A stretch of DNA of 64,000 bases. Origin: Nitrosopumilaceae archaeon (GTDB taxonomy: Archaea > Thermoproteota > Nitrososphaeria > Nitrososphaerales > Nitrosopumilaceae). Below, piece after piece: positions 41,006 through 49,613 of the stretch. The notes below the pieces were generated by a model. That model ran no database searches. It was not told the origin of the DNA and saw only the letters and a program-made list of their open reading frames with translations. Every line of letters begins with the position of its first letter. Positions within the stretch are counted from its first letter, which is position 1. The DNA is taken from the NCBI GenBank assembly GCA_965208905.1, contig OZ242365.1:96001-160000 (forward strand). The letters are read 5' to 3'. The position numbers and the translations under genes are program-made.

Positions 41006-41501
41006 CATGTATAATGTACATGTCTCTGACATGTGTAAGGACAATAACAAGTGCAGCGTTATACTACCGGAGTCGTTCTTTTCCTTATGCGGCGAGGATG
41101 TCCGAGACATGTTGATAAGCGGTCGCAAACGGAAAAAGATGTGCGATTGCATAATTGTCGACAACCAAGAAAGCCGAATAACGTTGGCCGAGCTCAAATC
41201 CGGCAAACCCAATGCTGGAATGGTTAAACGTGCCAAAAGTCAACTAAAAACTGGTCTAACCATACTAGCAGAAATACTACAACAGGCCAACATACCACAA
41301 ATTAAGATGCAGTTGATATTACTCAGTAAACGACCTCGAAATGATTCGGTGCTTGTGTTATTGAAAAAACCAGTGATAGACTCTTGGCCAAAAACGCGTG
41401 TAATACGTGTTGACTGCGACTCTGCACTTCCGGACTCGTATACAGATGTGAGTGTGTCCGATGTGGCGAAAATGGGACTGTATAAATATCCGTTGAATTA
41501 G
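40995..41501 (+). CDS. Putative PD-(D/E)XK-like protein coupled to the ATPase
   Basis: CDCII..LAELKS motif; overlaps the ATPase stop. Confidence 0.6.
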   Translation: MIRDMYNVHVSDMCKDNNKCSVILPESFFSLCGEDVRDMLISGRKRKKMCDCIIVDNQESRITLAELKSGKPNAGMVKRAKSQLKTGLTILAEILQQANIPQIKMQLILLSKRPRNDSVLVLLKKPVIDSWPKTRVIRVDCDSALPDSYTDVSVSDVAKMGLYKYPLN

Positions 41502-41811
41502 AGAGCGGATTTGCTCTTACGGAACTCCCATGTGTATGGGATGGTTAACCAATGCTGACTTTGTTGAGGTAATGCGTTCTGGTCCAAGTTAATTGTTGTA
41601 TGTTGGACATACTTTTTAATTTTAACTCAGGTTGCCCCAGTATACGATGGTATCGCCCAAACAATATCATGAATTTTGCCGGAAAGCGGAGGTCAAGGGG
41701 CCTTGAAGCCGCCCCTCACCTTGATGGGGCGGCAAGAGGTCCCGACTCTGGAAAAAATGCGCAGTCTCCCCCACATAATACAGGGCAGTATTCCCTTCCA
41801 CTGAAGGGTTT

Positions 41812-42860
41812 CTAATGCTGTATTGCCCGTGTGCGTATGCGTTGCATCTTGCGCTTTACAAGACCTTCATTCTTGGTTCTATACTCGGTATCATTGGTTA
41901 GCATATGCCAGATGATCTCAGTCATCGTTCTTGCGATAGCGACCTTTGCCTTCATCTTGCCTATTCTGACCGATAGTCTCTCGTATTTTGCCTTCAGACG
42001 AACATCATGTCGTACCGCGGTAGTGGCCGCTTCCACCATGGCGTTACGCAGTCACACAGAGCCAGTTTTTGTTATGTGGCCATCTTTTTTGACATCCCCA
42101 CTATTCCGGTGTGACGGTACCAGGCCCGCATATGAGGCCATCTTTTCGGCGCTGGGAAACCTCTTGTGGTCTGAATCTCGGCCAGTACAGTGATGGCTGT
42201 TATGTGTCCTATTCCTGGTATGGTCATAATACGGCGCGCCCTTGCATCATCCAGTGCCATCCGGGCAATTGTATTTTCCAGAGATGTTAGTTCCTTGTTT
42301 ATAGTGCAAATTACACTCCGGTGCATATTTACCAATTGCCGGTCTATGTCACGCATGTTTATTTCATCAGCATTAATAGTGCAGAGTGTTTCTGGTTTGC
42401 GTGGGTATTTGCAGATGATGGCATGTATGCGGTTTCCACGCGCTACACGGGCACGCTACAGATCCAACCTGCCGCGCACAAGGGCACGCATGTCCCGATA
42501 GTAATTGCTTGGCACATACGACTCGGATATCATGTCGGACCGAAGTAGGTCCGCCAACACCTCTGAATCAATCTTGTCGTCCTTAAGCTTTGCCTGCGCT
42601 ATGACCTTGGTATTTCTTGGGTTTGCCATCTTTATCTCAATACCTGCTTCGGCCAACATATCATATGGCAGCACCCAATAGTTTCCTGTAGATTCGCAGA
42701 CTGCCTTGGCAGGCCAGTATTTCTTACTAACCATTTGTGTAAAATCAGATATTTCTTTGGTGTTATTTGCAAACGACACTCGATGTATGACACTGCGTTC
42801 TTTCCCCTTTATGGTTGCAACACACTTTTTCAAATGAACGTCAATTCCGATGTAATACAT
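41812..42860 (-). pseudogene. IS110-family DEDD recombinase/transposase, disrupted
   Basis: YIGIDVH, CESTGNYW, KDDKIDS, TIPGIG, SYAGLVP..NSG; stops near 42456 and 42055, frameshift near 42175. Confidence 0.9.
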
Positions 42861-42872
42861 TTTTCTATTTTC

Positions 42873-43018
42873 TCACCTCCTTTACAATAAATTGAACCCG
42901 ACCAGCGGAAGGCTCCCATTCGCCCTCAATGTGGCAGTCTACCATCCGCATACCTTGAGTCAATCTGTTCAACGCCTTTATGCATGGCAAGCTCAACACG
43001 ACTCTCAGGCCCAACAGG
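42873..43018 (-). ncRNA. Bridge-RNA-like structured non-coding unit A (IS110 5' end)
   Basis: Closing stem 43005-43014/42892-42901 encloses two stem-loops with large internal loops; followed by GGAGGTGA and the transposase ATG. Confidence 0.65.
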
Positions 43019-43028
43019 GTAGATGGAA

Positions 43029-43978
43029 TGCTCAGGCTAATAATGCCCACACATAGTATCTGTTCAGGACGGTCCGGTGGGCCAACGGCCTGTTCTGCCC
43101 ACGTTGCGGCGGGGTTGATATCGTCCGATACTGCCGATACCGGGGACACGTCCGGAGGTACACATGCAAGGGCTGCCGCCGGACCTTCAACGACAAGACT
43201 GGAACTATTCTTCACTACCGGCACGTCCGGATGGGAGACTGGATGCTGGCGGTCTGGATGTTCCTGTGCGGGCCGCCCAACGGGATATCGATAAACTACA
43301 TTGCAACTTCGATAGGCCGCGCCTACGGGGCCGTCTACCAGATGTACCGCGACATCATGCGGAAGGTGGGCGAGCTGCCGGAGGGCAAGCTGTCCGGGAC
43401 GGGAGAGACCGATAAGGGATACACCAGAGCCGGCTCCAAGGGGGTGTCACCGGGCAGCAACGGCGAGAACCGGACTGTCCCCAGCCGCCGCCGACTGCCC
43501 CGCGGTCCGGGCAGGGGCACCTTCGAGAAGAATGTACCGATGGTCACCATCTACCATCAGCGGGCCGCAGAAGGCGAACCGGATGTGACAATCTTCGAGG
43601 TTCCCCGTGGCGACGGCAAAACGCTGGCCGAAATGGTGGCCGAAAAGTTCGAACCGGGCTCGACGGTGATCACCGACGAGCATCCCGCCTACAAGAGCCT
43701 TGGGGAGATGGGATATGGCCACTTGGCCATCAACCACAGCGAGGGCGAGTACGCATCAGGCGAGCACAACGAGTTTCATACCAACAACTACGAGTGCCGT
43801 ATAGGTCTGCTGTATATGGTGGCTGAAAAAACACCGCGGCGTGAGCAAATGGCATCTGGAACGATACGTCAAGTCTTTCCAGTTTGTTCACAACCACAGG
43901 CACTATGGCATCAATGGTAGGTTCGTGGCTGCGCTAGCCGCCATCCTTGACCAATATGCCGGGAGACAAGCCTGACCA
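43029..43978 (+). mobile_element. IS1595-family (ISXO2-like) element with frameshifted transposase
   Basis: Zn ribbon CPRC..CKGC, ETD, ITDEHPAY, NHS, HTN; ends TGCTCAGGCT / AGCCTGACCA; degenerate 8-bp TSD AGATGGAA / AGATGTTT. Confidence 0.8.
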
Positions 43979-44132
43979 AGATGTTTTTCGCGCCGTAATT
44001 ATTTTCCGCAGCATCCGTCCTGCAGGCGCGTGTCGTCTGACCGGTTCATGCTTTTTCTGCACTGAACGCCAACTCCGCCGCCCTATGGGCGTAATTGCCA
44101 CCCCCAACATTAGATAGATGAGCGTTCTCATT

Positions 44133-44278
44133 TCACCTCCTTTTTAGTGGATAGTCGGACCTGACCATGGTCGACTTCCATCCGCCCTCGAAGGGGCTGA
44201 AGCTTTTCACGTACCTTGAGCCATTCTGTTAAACGCCCTCGGAGGGGCCAGTTCCTGCCGACTCTCAGGTCCAACAGG
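44133..44278 (-). ncRNA. Bridge-RNA-like structured non-coding unit B (no transposase downstream)
   Basis: Homologous to unit A; stems conserved by compensatory or G-U changes, loop sequences differ. Confidence 0.6.
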
Positions 44279-44319
44279 AAGAGTGCAGGTATCGCCGATA
44301 TAACAACGACACATAACTT

Positions 44320-44366
44320 CTGGTAAGTTATCGGTAGATGTTCCTTGCTGGTAAGTGTCGGTAGAT
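44320..44366 (+). repeat. Two direct repeats CTGGTAAGT(TA/G)TCGGTAGAT resembling the adjacent TIR
   Basis: 44320-44339 and 44348-44366; first copy matches TIR core CTGGTAACTTATCCG at 13/15. Confidence 0.7.
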
Positions 44367-44581
44367 CGTCCTTAGAGGTGTTTTGTATGGGGGCTTAGCC
44401 CTGTGGGACAGGCCTGGGCTGGTAACTTATCCGCGCTTGAAAAGCCCATGTTAGAATTACAATATTCTCCAAAAAAGCCGTGATTTTTACATTTCAAGTC
44501 CGCACCACCCACCAACAACCACAATGCGCAAATACGGAATCTTGGAACAACCTTAAAACGTACCTCGGGAAAAACAATACC

Positions 44582-47038
44582 GTGAAGCCATTCCACAAGA
44601 TCCTCGAAGTCAGACCTGATGTACAGGACGGCACATTAGACCAATCTGCATATGCGGCCAATCTGGGTGATGTAGTGTCTGATATAGACAAACCTGCCGC
44701 CAAAGAATACCGCAACCCTGTACTATTCAGAGAGATGACATATGAGACTGAAGGAATGCGCAAGGCATTAGATCACATTCGTGTACGGCTACAAGACGGC
44801 AAGGGTAATGGATTAAGACAGCTAGAGACAAGTTTTGGTGGTGGAAAGACGCATGCAATGATTGCAATGTATCATAAATGCAAGGACTGGGATACTACAC
44901 CTGTTGTCATAGACGGCCAGTCCCTGCGCACAACATCCACGTTATGGGGCGAGATAGAACGGCAGTTAGACGGTAATATACAAAAGATGGCCGGCCAGGT
45001 TGCACCTTCAGGAGACCAAATCTATGAGTTGCTACACAACAGGAAGAAGCCCATACTCATACTGATAGATGAGATCTTCAACTATGTGGCAGGCGCGGCT
45101 GCCATACCAATAGGCAATTCAGACTTGGCTGCACAGACCATAATATTCATGCAGAGGTTATACGGCCAGCTAGGTAGTCTGCAAAACGTATGCTTGGTGA
45201 TGTCTCTATCCAAACGTGATGATGTACTTGGTACTGATACCGGTAATCGCACTGCAAAAATACAAAATGAGTACTACTCAAAACTACAAAAGATAGCCGG
45301 TAGGCATCACCAGCTAGACACCATATCTGAGGATAACGACATATCACACATAATACGTCGCAGACTATTCAGTACAAGTGAAGAGACCATACAGTATGGT
45401 GCAAAGGACACTATACAGTGGTGTATAGAACAGATGGTGGAGGGTGAATCACTACTAGGTGATGACATAGAGAAGTACAAGGAGAGATTTGCCAACACAT
45501 ACCCATTCACGCCAGATGTAATCGACACACTACACAAAAAATGGGCATCCTACCCGACATTTCAGAGGACTCGCGGGGTACTGCGACTACTCTCACTAGT
45601 AGTGCACTCGTTGTTGGAGTCCAAGAGGTCTTGGATTGCACCAAGCGATATTGACTTGTCCGTACCTGAGATACGCCAGGAATTGTTAAAGCATACCGGC
45701 GATAACACCGAGAGTGTGATATCTACCGACATAGTGGGAAGCGATGCATTATCCAGAAAGGCAGATGAAGAGATAGGTGTTCGTTGCGCAGCAAGCATAT
45801 TCATGTATTCATTTCCGCCCAGGACTGGTCGTGGTGCGACATATGAGGAGGTAAAGCGCTCCACCTTCACGTATAACATAACACACTCGTTTATTGGAGA
45901 TACAGTGGGTAAACTACTGCGGCGTTGTTTCTATCTTGATGAGACAGATGACAAGATGTTGTATTTCGACATAAAGCCAAACATAAACCACATGATAGAC
46001 CAGGCCAAGCGGAATGTATCTGATGGAACAGTACATGATGAGGAGCGAAATAGATTGGATGGAGCTATAGATGGCGGGATGTTCGGTGACATACACATAT
46101 GGCCTGATGAGACCGAGGCATACAACATACCAGACAGGCCGGTTTTACAGTTGGTAATATGCAAGAAGGATGATCCGGAGTGGTGTGCAAAGGTCGTGAA
46201 CGGCACTAACAAGTCGCGCCGCATAAACATGAATGGCCTGATATTTCTGCTTCCCAGCAATGGGATTATGCTAAGTGATCTGTTGCGACTGTATCTAGGC
46301 GTGAAGTTTGTCAAAGGGAGTTTGTCTGCAGAGTACAAGGCTTCCACGCGCTCCTACCTGAACTCGGAGATAAAGCGCGCAAAGGACGGAATAGGTGATG
46401 AGTTGTGCAAAAAGTATTCTGTGGTGTATGTTCCGGCGGAGGGCGGTAAGGTCAGAAAGATTCGCGACTATATGTTCAATCCCGCCACTGACAGCTTAAA
46501 GTCGTTGGATAGTCTGATGTGGGAGCGCCTCACCAAGGAAGACCATGTGGCCGCCAGAATAGCCCCGGACATCGCAGCGCGATACGGGAAGGATGCAGAC
46601 GGCGCGTACGAGTCGATGATACGCACGCCGGGCAGCATAATGCCCGCATCCTTTGAGGTTGTACGGGAGGCATTCGAGTCTGATGAACCAGAAGTACCCG
46701 AGACTCCGGACACGCCTACGCATGGAGGGCGTCCATGGGGAGGTTCAACGTGGGATGAGCCAATACAGGATGAGCCAATACAGGAACCAGAAAAGACGTA
46801 TGAGCGCGTACTGTATACTGATGTGGTCGACGCGGCAAGGTTGACCGGCATGCGCTGGATGCTTCGGTCGCCGCAGGAACTATCTCTTAAGGGATTTGTC
46901 TGCAACATAAGCCAGCGCCCTGATGGAATGTACGACATACGCGTGGAGATGGGAGGTGCGGTCCCGGACAGTGTGGTGTCCAACATAAGACCCACCAACC
47001 GGGGAAAATTGGAGAAGGATGACGGCTGGGACGAATAG
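44582..47038 (+). CDS. DUF499-family AAA+ ATPase
   Basis: TSFGGGKTH Walker A, ILIDE Walker B, YPFTP, FQRTRGVLRLL; probable GTG start at 44582. Confidence 0.88.
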   Translation: MKPFHKILEVRPDVQDGTLDQSAYAANLGDVVSDIDKPAAKEYRNPVLFREMTYETEGMRKALDHIRVRLQDGKGNGLRQLETSFGGGKTHAMIAMYHKCKDWDTTPVVIDGQSLRTTSTLWGEIERQLDGNIQKMAGQVAPSGDQIYELLHNRKKPILILIDEIFNYVAGAAAIPIGNSDLAAQTIIFMQRLYGQLGSLQNVCLVMSLSKRDDVLGTDTGNRTAKIQNEYYSKLQKIAGRHHQLDTISEDNDISHIIRRRLFSTSEETIQYGAKDTIQWCIEQMVEGESLLGDDIEKYKERFANTYPFTPDVIDTLHKKWASYPTFQRTRGVLRLLSLVVHSLLESKRSWIAPSDIDLSVPEIRQELLKHTGDNTESVISTDIVGSDALSRKADEEIGVRCAASIFMYSFPPRTGRGATYEEVKRSTFTYNITHSFIGDTVGKLLRRCFYLDETDDKMLYFDIKPNINHMIDQAKRNVSDGTVHDEERNRLDGAIDGGMFGDIHIWPDETEAYNIPDRPVLQLVICKKDDPEWCAKVVNGTNKSRRINMNGLIFLLPSNGIMLSDLLRLYLGVKFVKGSLSAEYKASTRSYLNSEIKRAKDGIGDELCKKYSVVYVPAEGGKVRKIRDYMFNPATDSLKSLDSLMWERLTKEDHVAARIAPDIAARYGKDADGAYESMIRTPGSIMPASFEVVREAFESDEPEVPETPDTPTHGGRPWGGSTWDEPIQDEPIQEPEKTYERVLYTDVVDAARLTGMRWMLRSPQELSLKGFVCNISQRPDGMYDIRVEMGGAVPDSVVSNIRPTNRGKLEKDDGWDE

Positions 47039-49613
47039 GCTCATTGGTACGATAATACCAATAAATGATATATCAAAGGGTGGAGCCGCAGAGAAGAAGA
47101 GGGGTCGCGGTAGAATCAACAACTTACATCGGTGGTGGGCTTCGCGGCCTACTACAGTATCCCGCATCACAGCATATGCAGCACTGGTTGATCCGCCAAT
47201 AGAAGAACATAAGAAAATGATACTAGACATGTGCGACTATGATAATACAACCAAACCCGAACGGATAGCAGTACGGGATGCCGCGCGCAAGCGAATCAAA
47301 GAAAAGTGGGAAAATCCTCCAAAGGTGCTGGATCCGTTCGGCGGCACGGGGGCGCTGCCGTTCAGCGCCGCGTGGCTGGGCTGTGAATCACATTCTATGG
47401 ATTACAATCCTGTTGCTGTTATATTACAAAAGTGCGCGTTGGAGTATCCGACCAGGTACGGGCATGAACTCAAGGAAGATGTCATGCGGTATGCGAAACA
47501 AGTTGGCGAGCTGTTGAAGGAGCGTACCACGCCTTATTATCCGGGCGAGTCGCACTACGGGTATATCTGGTGCCGGACAATCCGGTGTAAGTGCGGGTGT
47601 ATAATCCCACTTATACACGACTACACACTCTCAAAAAGTTATGGTATGCATTTCCGGCCCGCTGCGCGAGACGGCGAGGTTGAATTCACCATACACGACA
47701 AGGGTGAGATACCTCCCGGTCAGGTGGGAGGTAGGCGGGCCATATGTGTAAACTGTGGACACACGTACACCAACATAGAGATACGAGACATGGTATGGGA
47801 CCACGGCTCGGAGATGATGTGTGTTGCCACATCCGTACCAAAGCGAGGGAGGAGTAAGTCGTATAGGTCGGTTGATGCGGATGACCGGACACTGTATGAG
47901 TCATGCGCCGCGCAGCTGAAAGAGTGTCGTGCGCAGTTTCGCGAGAAATATGACATAGACCCAATACCTGACATCGTCATCCCCATGCCAGACGGCCTGG
48001 AGTATAGGCCGGGTGGACCGGTATGGCATGTCTTGCGCATAGCTACGTTTGGCCACACCCGTTGGTCGCAACTCTTCAACAACCGGCAGCTACTGTGCAT
48101 GGTGATACTATTGGATATACTGCGCGAGATCGAGGCGGACGTAATAAAGAATCACGGCATGGAGCGCGGCATTGCCATAATGACTTACCTTGGGCTAATG
48201 ATGGACAAGACTCTGGAAAGGTACTGTAGATTGTCACCTTGGCTAACAGATAGTGGCAGAGTCACACATTGCTTCTCCCAACAAAATCTACGTAACACGT
48301 GGGACTATCCGGAGGTTGCCCCCCACATATTATGGGGGCAGTCAATCACCCATATTTCGGACGGCATGAACGCGGCCCTCTCCAACAACACCGTATGCGA
48401 CGTGCGACGGGCCTCGGCCACCAACCTACCATATGATGACTGTACATTCGATGCCGTATGCACGGACCCGCCGTATTATGATGCCATGCAGTACTCATAC
48501 ACGTCCGACTTCTATGTGTGGCTGAAGCGCTCCATTGGACATTTACACCCTGAATTATTCCGCGGCACGCATACTCCAAAGAAAAACGAGGTGATTGAGA
48601 CAGAAAGCCTGGCCATGCATATAACACCGGAATGTAAGGTGCGAGACAGTGATGGCTATCAACAGCTAATGTCACGGTCACTACACGAGATGCATCGTGT
48701 GTTGAAACCAGATGGTATACTCACATTAGTATACGCGCATAAGACCACTGAGGGTTGGGAGACCCTCATCAAATCAATATTAGAGGCGGGATTCACGATA
48801 ACAGCGGCCTGGCCGGTCGATACTGAGAGTTCATCCCGCATGAAATCCCGTGGTACGGCAGCCCTTGCCTCATCAATATACATGGTGGGCCGTAAGTGGG
48901 AGCGCAAACCGGTAGCCGAGTGGCGCACAGTACAGTTAGAGTTCCGCGAGCATGTGTGCGCCATGCTGGACAGGCTCATCAAGGCAAACATAACGGGCTC
49001 GGACTTTTACATTGCGGCCATCGGGTCCGCTCTGGAGATATTCGGTAAGTATAAGGCGGTGCGAAGAAGTAATGGCGAGCAAATCACTATAGACGAAATA
49101 CTTGATGAGATACGCACCCTGTGCTCGGAGTTCATAGTAAAGATGCTCACACAGGGTGGTGGCGGAAACATAGATCCGCTAACCAAGCTCTACATAACGT
49201 GGCGGTGGGCGTACGGCAATCAAAAAATACACTTTGATGTTGCGCGAAAGTTGTTCACCGGTGTGGGACGAGACATGGACGAATATTCGGGCAAGGGTGG
49301 TATAATACGGCGCAAAGGCAGTGAAGTAAAGCTGCTGACGCATCAGGAGCGCGATGAAGAGATACGTATCAAGAGCCGCATAGATGCCATACATCAGGCC
49401 ATCCGCTACTGGCACGCCAACAAGCTTGACGACATGAAGGAGATATTGCGCGAGACTGGCAATATAGGCGATGTGTTCAATGCCGTCTGCAAGGCGATTG
49501 CAAGGGCCGGGAATGGAGAGACAGATGAAGCGAGGGAGATCGACCAGTTCCGTTCAGGGCGAGAAGAAGAGATAAACGAACCTGTGGGGCAGCTAAGGAT
49601 GACTGATTACTGA
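47019..49613 (+). CDS. DUF1156-family amino (m6A/m4C) DNA methyltransferase
   Basis: LHRWWASRP, DPFGGTG (SAM-binding), TDPPYYD (catalytic), zinc-ribbon Cys pairs. Confidence 0.9.
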   Translation: MTAGTNRLIGTIIPINDISKGGAAEKKRGRGRINNLHRWWASRPTTVSRITAYAALVDPPIEEHKKMILDMCDYDNTTKPERIAVRDAARKRIKEKWENPPKVLDPFGGTGALPFSAAWLGCESHSMDYNPVAVILQKCALEYPTRYGHELKEDVMRYAKQVGELLKERTTPYYPGESHYGYIWCRTIRCKCGCIIPLIHDYTLSKSYGMHFRPAARDGEVEFTIHDKGEIPPGQVGGRRAICVNCGHTYTNIEIRDMVWDHGSEMMCVATSVPKRGRSKSYRSVDADDRTLYESCAAQLKECRAQFREKYDIDPIPDIVIPMPDGLEYRPGGPVWHVLRIATFGHTRWSQLFNNRQLLCMVILLDILREIEADVIKNHGMERGIAIMTYLGLMMDKTLERYCRLSPWLTDSGRVTHCFSQQNLRNTWDYPEVAPHILWGQSITHISDGMNAALSNNTVCDVRRASATNLPYDDCTFDAVCTDPPYYDAMQYSYTSDFYVWLKRSIGHLHPELFRGTHTPKKNEVIETESLAMHITPECKVRDSDGYQQLMSRSLHEMHRVLKPDGILTLVYAHKTTEGWETLIKSILEAGFTITAAWPVDTESSSRMKSRGTAALASSIYMVGRKWERKPVAEWRTVQLEFREHVCAMLDRLIKANITGSDFYIAAIGSALEIFGKYKAVRRSNGEQITIDEILDEIRTLCSEFIVKMLTQGGGGNIDPLTKLYITWRWAYGNQKIHFDVARKLFTGVGRDMDEYSGKGGIIRRKGSEVKLLTHQERDEEIRIKSRIDAIHQAIRYWHANKLDDMKEILRETGNIGDVFNAVCKAIARAGNGETDEAREIDQFRSGREEEINEPVGQLRMTDY

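Noticed and set aside
43934-44131. 65-aa ORF after RNA unit B as a real gene
   Set aside because: It has an RBS-like GGAGGTGA but no similarity to the IS110 N-terminus, and it runs across inferred element junctions.
46754-46783. 15-bp tandem duplication (DEPIQ x2) in the DUF499 gene
   Set aside because: In-frame slippage in a low-complexity linker; not an array.
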